Source: an uncultured delta proteobacterium (GTDB taxonomy: Bacteria > Desulfobacterota > Binatia > Binatales > Binataceae). Taken from it: DNA of 64,000 bases. The stretch's first letter is position 1. Every line of letters starts with the position of its first letter. The notes below the pieces were generated by a model that ran no database searches, had not been told where the DNA came from, and worked only from the letters and a program-made list of their open reading frames with translations. This document shows, piece after piece, positions 57,055 to 64,000 of the stretch. The position numbers and the translations under genes are program-made. Location of the stretch: positions 384,001 through 448,000 of the forward strand of contig CAVRVY010000001.1 of NCBI GenBank assembly GCA_963724765.1, written 5' to 3'.

Positions 57055-59205
57055 ATGCCTTCTACGCAAGCCGTTGCCAAAACGATAGTCCGCGGAGCCT
57101 GCCCCCACGACTGTCCCGATACCTGCGCCATGCTGGTCACGGTCGAGGACGGCCGCGCCATCGAAGTGCGCGGCGACCCCGAGCATCCCTTCACCCGCGG
57201 CGCGCTGTGCGTCAAGGTCAACGACTATGTCGAGCGGGTCTACAGCCCCGATCGCGTGCTTCATCCGCTGCGACGCATCGGCTCCAAAGGGAGCGGCAAG
57301 TTCGAACGGATCGGATGGGATGCGGCGCTGGACGAGATCGCAAGCCGCTACAGAGCGATCATCGCCGAGCACGGCTCACAGGCGATCCTGCCCTACAGCT
57401 ATCTCGGCACCGAGGGCCTGCTCAACGGCCTCAACGTCGGCGACGCGTTCTTCAACCGGCTTGGCGCGTCGATTAGCGAGCGCACCTTTTGCGCCTCCGG
57501 CGCCATCACCGGCTACATCATGACGGTCGGTCCGACTCCCGGCACCGATCCCGAGAGCCTGGTTCACTCCCGTTACATCATCATCTGGGCCTGCAACGTA
57601 ATCAGCACCAACCTCCATCTGTGGCCGATTATCGCGGAGGCCCGGCGCCGCGGCGCGAAGGTGGTAGTGATCGATCCGATGCGTAATCGCACTGCCGAGG
57701 AAGCGGACTGGCATGTCCCGATCCGGCCCGGCACCGACGGCGCGCTGGCGCTCGGAATGATCAACGTAATAATCAATGAGAATTTGACCGACAATGACTA
57801 CATCGAGAAATATACAGTCGGTTATCCGGAGCTGAAGGAGCGCGCGCGGGAATATCCGCCCGAGCGCGTTTCGAGTATCACCGGGATTCCGGCAGGGGAT
57901 ATCGTGCAACTCGCGCGCGAATACGCGCGCACCCAGCCCGCGGCGATTCGCTTCGGCGTCGGGATCGAGCGCCAGGCCGGCGGCGGCCAATGCGTGCGTG
58001 CGATCTCGTGCCTGCCGGCGCTGGTGGGCGTGTGGCGCAGGCCCGGCGGCGGCCTGGTCTTCATGCCGAACTTCGCCTTTCCGATAAAATACAACGTGCT
58101 GATGCGCCCGGACTTCATCAAGCCCGGCACCCGGCATATCAACCAGTATCATCTGGGCGCGGCGCTCAGCGGGGAACTGGGGCTCGCGCCGCCGCTGAAA
58201 GCGTTGTTCGTCTACAACTCGAATCCGGCGGTGGTTGCACCCGACCAGGATCGAATCGTCGCCGGGCTCTCGCGCGAAGATCTGTTCACGGTCGTGAGCG
58301 AGCAGTTCATCACCGACACGGCCGATTTCGCCGACATCGTGTTGCCGGCCACGACTCAGCTCGAGCAGTTCGACCTGATGTTCTCCTGGGGACATCTGTA
58401 CCTCACGCTCAACATGCCGGCGGTCTCGCCGCTTGGCGAGGCGATCCCGAATACCGAATTGTTCCGGCGGCTGGCGTCACGGATGGGCTTTGACGACGCG
58501 TGTTTCAAACGCAGCGACGAGGAAACTTTGCTCGCAATTACCGATTGGACCGCTCCCGCACTAAGCGGCGTCGATCTCGACGTGCTCAAGCGAGACGGAT
58601 ACGCGCGGCTGAAAGTCGGCACCCCGGACACGTTTGCGCCGCATGCGGAGGGTAAGTTCCCGACCGCTTCGGGAAAGACCGAATTCGTTTCGTCGATGGC
58701 GGCGCGGGGCAATTTCGTGCTGCCGCTTTTTCGCCAGGGATCGACTCAGTTCGAGCCAGGCCGCGCGGTGGATCCGCTGCCGATCTATATTCCTGCGCGA
58801 GAGTCCCCCCAAACCAATCCGGTGCTGGCGGCCCGCTATCCGCTGAATATCATTTCACCCAAGTCTCACGCTTTTCTCAATTCCTGTTACGCGAATATGT
58901 CGCGCCAGCGCCGGATCGCGGGCGAGCCGGGCGTGACGATTCATCCCGCCGACGCCGCCAAACGGGGCATCGCCGAGGCGCGAGTAGTGCGGGTCTTCAA
59001 TGATCGCGGCTCGTTCGAGGCGCTGGCGCATCTGAGCGACGCCGTGCGGCCGGGCGTGGTGGTCGCGCCGCTGGGGTATTGGCGCAAGTTCAGCCGCGCG
59101 AACAGCACGGTCAATGCCGCGAATTCGTCCGTGCTGGCCGACCTCGGCAATGCGCCGACGTTCTCCGACAACCTGGTCGAAGTCGAAGCGGCGGCACAGG
59201 ACTGA
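57055..59205 (+). CDS. molybdopterin oxidoreductase (DMSO reductase superfamily)
   Basis: CPHDCPDTC...C Fe-S motif, RPGTDGALA, TDTADFADIVLPA, IHPADA, FNDRG. Confidence 0.93.
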   Translation: MPSTQAVAKTIVRGACPHDCPDTCAMLVTVEDGRAIEVRGDPEHPFTRGALCVKVNDYVERVYSPDRVLHPLRRIGSKGSGKFERIGWDAALDEIASRYRAIIAEHGSQAILPYSYLGTEGLLNGLNVGDAFFNRLGASISERTFCASGAITGYIMTVGPTPGTDPESLVHSRYIIIWACNVISTNLHLWPIIAEARRRGAKVVVIDPMRNRTAEEADWHVPIRPGTDGALALGMINVIINENLTDNDYIEKYTVGYPELKERAREYPPERVSSITGIPAGDIVQLAREYARTQPAAIRFGVGIERQAGGGQCVRAISCLPALVGVWRRPGGGLVFMPNFAFPIKYNVLMRPDFIKPGTRHINQYHLGAALSGELGLAPPLKALFVYNSNPAVVAPDQDRIVAGLSREDLFTVVSEQFITDTADFADIVLPATTQLEQFDLMFSWGHLYLTLNMPAVSPLGEAIPNTELFRRLASRMGFDDACFKRSDEETLLAITDWTAPALSGVDLDVLKRDGYARLKVGTPDTFAPHAEGKFPTASGKTEFVSSMAARGNFVLPLFRQGSTQFEPGRAVDPLPIYIPARESPQTNPVLAARYPLNIISPKSHAFLNSCYANMSRQRRIAGEPGVTIHPADAAKRGIAEARVVRVFNDRGSFEALAHLSDAVRPGVVVAPLGYWRKFSRANSTVNAANSSVLADLGNAPTFSDNLVEVEAAAQD

Positions 59206-59255
59206 TTGGCTATTCGCGAACGGGCGCTAAAGAAGCAGAGGACGGGCGGAATCCG

Positions 59256-59633
59256 ATGGCGGAAAGCGGGAGCGGTTCTCCGAGTGACTATTTGGCCGCC
59301 GAGCGGACCTTTCTCGCCTGGATCCGAACTGGCCTTGCATTGATGGGATTTGGCTTCGTGGTTGCGCGGTTCGGCCTGTTCCTGCGCGAGATCGCGATGA
59401 CCACCCACGACCACACGCTGGAATCTACCGGCGCTTCGCTGTGGATGGGAACCGCACTTCTGCTACTCGGAGTAGTGGTCAATATCGCCGCATCGATAAA
59501 TCACGTCCGTCTGATCGGCAGGCTCAACCGCGGAGACAAGCTAGGCCAGCCGTCCGCCTCCGCGATTGCCATCGCCCTTGCCCTCGCGCTCCTGGGACTG
59601 GGGTTGGCCGCTTATCTGGTGCTGATAAGGTAG
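59256..59633 (+). CDS. YidH/DUF202 membrane protein
   Basis: LAAERTFLAWIRTGLALMGFGFVVARFGLF. Confidence 0.9.
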   Translation: MAESGSGSPSDYLAAERTFLAWIRTGLALMGFGFVVARFGLFLREIAMTTHDHTLESTGASLWMGTALLLLGVVVNIAASINHVRLIGRLNRGDKLGQPSASAIAIALALALLGLGLAAYLVLIR

Positions 59634-59862
59634 CAGGCGCGCGAACAAACCGCGCTGGAGGCGAGGGCGGTCGATTCGCCATGCACGCCGCCACAGGCGC
59701 AACGACTATCAGCAGCTACAAAAGATGGCAGCCGCTACAAGATGGCAGTGGGGCCAAAGTGCCGCTCTGTGATATGAGGGAGCCAAGCCGTTTCTAAGAC
59801 AATTCGTTATAAAGGATGAACGCCCTTTACAAAGGACAGATGATTTTTCAAAGGAGAGAATT

Positions 59863-60741
59863 ATGAAGATAGGCTTTTTCGCCGTCGGAATCGGCCATCT
59901 GGCGCGGCCCGACATGGTAAAGACCGTCGCGGTACATGCCGAGCGGCTGAACTTCGCCACCGTGTGGGCGCCCGAGCACGTGGTGCTGCTCGACAAGCAC
60001 ATCTCCAAGTATCCCTACTCGAAGGGCGAATTTCCGCTGCCTACCGATACCGCGTTCGCCGATCCGTTCACCACCCTGGCGTACGCCGCTGCCTATACCT
60101 CGCGGGTCAAGCTGGTCACCGGAATCTGCCTGGTGCCCGAGCACAATCCGGTCGTGCTGGCCAAGGTGGTCGCGACGCTCGATCAGCTAAGCAGCGGACG
60201 CTTCACGCTCGGCGTGGGAGTCGGCTGGCTGGAGGAAGAGTTCAACGCCGTGGGCGTGCCGTGGGAGCGGCGCGCGCAGCGCACGCGCGAGTGTATCGAC
60301 GCGATGCGCTGTCTCTGGCGCGACGCGCACAGCAGTTACAAGGGCGAGTTCTACAAATTCGACAACGTGCGCAGCTATCCCAAGCCGGTGCGCAGCGAGG
60401 TGCCGATATGGTTCGGCGGCGAAAGCGGCCCCGCGCTCAAGCGGGTTGCGGACTATGGCAACGGATGGTGCGGCTTCAACCTTTCGCCCGCCGAGGCGGC
60501 GGACAAGATGAAGCATCTCGATCAGTTAATCAAGGCGGCAGGGCGTAAACGCTCCGAGATTTACATGGCGCTTTCGCCCTATACCAAGCCGATAACGCGC
60601 GACGACCTCAAACGCTATCGCGACGCCGGCGTCGACGAACTGGGGCTTCTCGAGTTCAATCCGCCCTCCAACGAGCGCGACCTGATCGCGAAGATGGAGC
60701 AGATGGCGCGCGAGTGGGTCGATCCTGCCGCCAAAATCTAG
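59863..60741 (+). CDS. LLM-class F420-dependent oxidoreductase
   Basis: VWAPEHVV, DPFTTL, ATLDQLSSGRF.LGVGVGWLEEEF, PKP...PIWFGG. Confidence 0.9.
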   Translation: MKIGFFAVGIGHLARPDMVKTVAVHAERLNFATVWAPEHVVLLDKHISKYPYSKGEFPLPTDTAFADPFTTLAYAAAYTSRVKLVTGICLVPEHNPVVLAKVVATLDQLSSGRFTLGVGVGWLEEEFNAVGVPWERRAQRTRECIDAMRCLWRDAHSSYKGEFYKFDNVRSYPKPVRSEVPIWFGGESGPALKRVADYGNGWCGFNLSPAEAADKMKHLDQLIKAAGRKRSEIYMALSPYTKPITRDDLKRYRDAGVDELGLLEFNPPSNERDLIAKMEQMAREWVDPAAKI

Positions 60742-60773
60742 GCCTGCTCAGCTTTAGCTAGCACAATTGCGAT

Positions 60774-60820
60774 ACGGCCCGGTCTCGCCGAGTTTGTTGC
60801 GAGACCGGGCCGTCGTTTAA
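60774..60820 (+). terminator. intrinsic terminator
   Basis: acggcccggtctcgc...gcgagaccgggccgt, 15-bp stem followed by cgtttaa. Confidence 0.75.
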
Positions 60821-60974
60821 TTCGCGTTGTGCTTTTTCCGGCAACCGATCAGATCAAATTGCCTCCTCTGAAATGCGCCCATATCATGGAAACCAATCGC
60901 ACTTCTGCGCGTATTTGGGAGTAGCAATAATCTCTCGCGAAATTCTTGGCCGTGCGGACGTGCAAATAGCATAA

Positions 60975-62573
60975 GTGGGTGCCACCTCGCATATCGAGAC
61001 CGCGTCTATCGAGACCGCGTCGGACAATGCTGAGGCCGGCATCACGCCTGAGGCCGGCCGCGCGCCCGGCCCGCGCACGCAGACGTTGCTCGCGCGAATA
61101 CTCAAGTTCAGGCTCGAGTTGATCCTTATCGTCGCGCTTGGCGGGCTCGCGCTCGGGTCAGGGATGAGCGCTGCTCCGCTGGTCGACTGGGACGAGGCGA
61201 CTTACGCCCAGGTAGCCCACGAGGCGATCGCCAACCATAGCTATCTCGACTTCACCTGGAACGGGCAGGCCTATGTGAAAAAGCCGCCGCTGTTGTTCTG
61301 GGCGCTGATCGGTTCATTCAAGGTTCTCGGCGAAAGCGAATTCGCGGCCCGCCTGCCTTCGGTCGCCGCCGGTCTGGCGACGCTGCTGCTGATTTATCTG
61401 ACCGCCGCGGGCGCGGTCGGACGGCTGGCCGGGACGCTGGCCGCGTTGGCGCCGCTGCAATTTTATTTCTTCATCGCGCGCGGCGGACGCGACTGCGCGA
61501 CCGACGCGCCAATGCTTTTCTTCCTGACGCTGGCGCTGTATGCGCTATTGCGTGCGCGCGAAGACCGCCGCTTTTGCGCGCTGGCCGGCGCCGCCAGCGG
61601 TCTCGCGATTCTGAGCAAGGGACTGGCCGGTACTATTCCGCTCATCATCGCGCCATTGGCCGTGTTCGTGCTGCCGGGCTTCGAGGCGATCGGTGCCGCC
61701 GGCCTCGCAATCATTTTCGGATGCGCGGTGGTGGTTGGGGCGCCGTGGTACCTCTACGAGGGGCTGTACAATCCGCTTTTCTGGACCAGCTTCGTTCACC
61801 ATGAGACGCTCGCTCGCGTCATGCGGCATCTCGAAGGCGAGACTCACTCCGGATGGTACACGCTGCACGGTTTCTGGAAGGAAATCCATTTTCTCTGGCC
61901 GCTCGTTCTGCCCGGAGCCGCGCTTGCTGTCGCCGCCATGAGGAGCCGCACGCTGCGAGGCGCGCTGGCCAACGGCGCGGGCCGGTGGAGGTCGATCAGC
62001 TCGGCAACGAGCCTGTGGGCTGTTTGGCTGGTCGTCGCGCTGGGCGCGGCCTGCGCGGTGCAGACCAAGCTGCCCTGGTATGTTCTGCCGGCGTTTGTGC
62101 CGACGGCGTTGCTGGCGGGAACGCTGGCCGCGCGCGCGCTGGAATATCGCGGTCCGATGAGAGCCGCAGTGGCGGGCATGGGCGCGCTCGCGCTGGCGCT
62201 GATACTCGTGCATGCACCGGTGCGTTGGCGCGCAATCGCCCAGTCGCATCAGCGTCAGCGCCTGCGCAGCACGCCAAGCTACGCGATGGGGCTCAAGGCG
62301 CGGCGCGCCGCGGCGCTGAGCGACGGCGGCCGCCTGTACTTCGCCGGCGTGGAACTGCCGACGCTGGTCTACTACAGCGAGATGCACGTCGAGTTCATCA
62401 AGGCGCCGGGCGGCCTTGAGCCCATCACGGACCCGGCCGCGGGCGAGCCGCCACCGCTGGATCCCAACGATTTGGCGCTGGTCGATCCGCACGGCGACCT
62501 GGTGCCGATCGCCAACCTCGGCAGCGAGTGGGACATCGTCGGTCCCAACGCGCCTTCGAACGCGCCTCGCTAA
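60975..62573 (+). CDS. second ArnT-like GT-C glycosyltransferase
   Basis: DWDEATYAQVA, KPPLLFW, AARLPS, LSKG, KLPWYVLP; start uncertain. Confidence 0.82.
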   Translation: MGATSHIETASIETASDNAEAGITPEAGRAPGPRTQTLLARILKFRLELILIVALGGLALGSGMSAAPLVDWDEATYAQVAHEAIANHSYLDFTWNGQAYVKKPPLLFWALIGSFKVLGESEFAARLPSVAAGLATLLLIYLTAAGAVGRLAGTLAALAPLQFYFFIARGGRDCATDAPMLFFLTLALYALLRAREDRRFCALAGAASGLAILSKGLAGTIPLIIAPLAVFVLPGFEAIGAAGLAIIFGCAVVVGAPWYLYEGLYNPLFWTSFVHHETLARVMRHLEGETHSGWYTLHGFWKEIHFLWPLVLPGAALAVAAMRSRTLRGALANGAGRWRSISSATSLWAVWLVVALGAACAVQTKLPWYVLPAFVPTALLAGTLAARALEYRGPMRAAVAGMGALALALILVHAPVRWRAIAQSHQRQRLRSTPSYAMGLKARRAAALSDGGRLYFAGVELPTLVYYSEMHVEFIKAPGGLEPITDPAAGEPPPLDPNDLALVDPHGDLVPIANLGSEWDIVGPNAPSNAPR

Positions 62574-62775
62574 TCAGCCGCGCCCCGTTCCATCGCCTGC
62601 CCGCCGCGTCCGTTGGCGTCCCGGTTGTCCTGGCGCTCGAGCGGTATTGCCCAAGCGTTTGCAATTTGACCCGAAGGTTGCTGTAGACTGCGGAGACTTT
62701 AGTCACGGCGCGCCGGCCGCATCGCGCGCCGAAACGTGCGCCCGCCGGCGCATATCACTGAGGGGGACGCTCGCT

Positions 62776-63930
62776 ATGCTGAAAAGCGAAAAGCGCATTC
62801 TCACGACTCATGTCGGAAGTCTGCCGCGCAATCCGAAACTGACCGATCTGCTGCTCAAGCAGGAACGCGGCGAGGCCATTGACGAAAAGCTGCTCGATCG
62901 CGAGGCCGAAGCCGCCGTCGCGCATGTGGTCGAGCGTCAGCTAGCCGCCGGCATCGACATCGGCAACAACGGCGAGCAGCCGCGAGTCGGATTTCAAACT
63001 TACGTGCCGCAGCGGATGAAGGGCTTCGGCGGCGAGAGCAAGCGTCCGACGCCTTGGGACATGCGCGAATTTCCCCAGTACGTCGAAGTCATGCGGCGGC
63101 GCGGGATGCTAGGGGGCGCCAAGGTTTTCAACGCGCCGCAGGCGATCGGCCCGCTCAGCTACGACGACCTCGGCGGGGTGCGCAGAGAGTGCGACATGTT
63201 CGATAAGTCGGCCGCGGGCAAATTTCCTGAGCGCTTCATGACCGCTGCGGCGCCCGGCATCATCGCCACCACGATGCTCAACGGATACTTCGACACCCAC
63301 GAGCGCTACGTCATGGCGATCGCCGACGAAATTCGCAAAGAATACGAATACATTCACTCCCGCGGCTACATCCTGCAACTCGACGCGCCCGATCTGGCGA
63401 TGGAGCGGACGTTCCTGTACCAGGACAAGTCGGTCGACGAGTTCGTCAAGATAGTCGAATTGCATATCGCCGCGGTTAATCGCGCCGTCGCCAATATCCC
63501 GCCCGATCGCGTGCGCCTGCATGTGTGCTGGGGTAACTACGACGGTCCGCATATGCACGACGTCCCGGCCGAGGCCATCCTGCCCGCCATTTACAAGGCC
63601 CGGGTCGGAGCGCTGGCGCTGGAGGGCGCGAACCCGGCCCATCAGCACGAGTACAAAGTGCTGAGCAAGCTGCGTCCGCCCGACGGGATGCTCATCATTC
63701 CCGGGGTCATCGATTCGACTTCCTGCTTCGTCGAGCATCCCGAGGTCGTGGCCGACCGAATTTGCCGGGTGGCCGAGGCGGTCGGAGACCGCACCCGCGT
63801 AATCGCTGGCGTCGATTGTGGTTTCGGCACGTTCGCTGCGTGGGAAATGGTCCCGGAGGACATCGTGTGGGCCAAGCTTGGCGCGCTGCGCAAGGGCGCG
63901 GACCTCGCCACCCGCCGCCTGTGGGGCTGA
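62776..63930 (+). CDS. cobalamin-independent methionine synthase II family protein
   Basis: ILTTHVGSLPR, LQLDAPDL, RLHVCWGNY.GPH, HQHE, PGVID, DCGF. Confidence 0.92.
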   Translation: MLKSEKRILTTHVGSLPRNPKLTDLLLKQERGEAIDEKLLDREAEAAVAHVVERQLAAGIDIGNNGEQPRVGFQTYVPQRMKGFGGESKRPTPWDMREFPQYVEVMRRRGMLGGAKVFNAPQAIGPLSYDDLGGVRRECDMFDKSAAGKFPERFMTAAAPGIIATTMLNGYFDTHERYVMAIADEIRKEYEYIHSRGYILQLDAPDLAMERTFLYQDKSVDEFVKIVELHIAAVNRAVANIPPDRVRLHVCWGNYDGPHMHDVPAEAILPAIYKARVGALALEGANPAHQHEYKVLSKLRPPDGMLIIPGVIDSTSCFVEHPEVVADRICRVAEAVGDRTRVIAGVDCGFGTFAAWEMVPEDIVWAKLGALRKGADLATRRLWG

Positions 63931-64000
63931 GCCGAGTCGGTTTTGTCGCCGCGGCCCGTGCGCTGAGCGCGACGCCGGTTCCGGTTCGATTCTGATCACC

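Noticed and set aside
59710-59748. Imperfect direct repeat gctaca(aa)agatggcag x2 as a possible CRISPR or operator
   Set aside because: Only two adjacent copies with no spacers; best treated as another micro-duplication.
1-64000. CRISPR arrays, transposases, integrases, prophage genes, rRNA
   Set aside because: I saw no repeat-spacer array or diagnostic motifs on either strand.

Overview
High-GC bacterial chromosomal window, mostly housekeeping. Gene content and style suggest a deltaproteobacteria-like lineage such as Ca. Binatota, but this is inference only. From left to right: (1) a murF cut by the window edge and divergent from purE; (2) a split Arn-like lipid/envelope modification locus; (3) a long minus-strand run of Mrp/ApbC, 3'-5' exonuclease, GT2, methyltransferase, heterodimeric ABC exporter and aminopeptidase; (4) a DUF4838 / acyl-CoA dehydrogenase / CoA-transferase trio; (5) an orphan BREX/DUF6079-like P-loop protein; (6) the dcw cluster mraZ-rsmH-ftsL-ftsI-murE-mraY-murD-ftsW-murG-murC-murB-ftsQ-like-ftsA-ftsZ, which lacks murF and ddl; (7) an mgtC relic next to an RcnR-type repressor, its operator and an atypical P1B-ATPase; (8) a JAMM protein divergent from a DHODH-like flavoprotein that lacks its catalytic motifs; (9) tRNA-Glu(TTC) followed by a lower-GC islet; (10) redox genes, a second ArnT-like gene and a MetE2-like gene. 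I found no CRISPR array, integrase or transposase. The most unusual signals are a highly structured ~280-nt element where murF normally sits, the orphan BREX-like ATPase, the RcnR/'ACG' P1B-ATPase module, the DHODH-like gene preceded by stacked mini-uORFs, and a near-consensus promoter inside murG. All family assignments come from motif recognition by eye; no searches were run.
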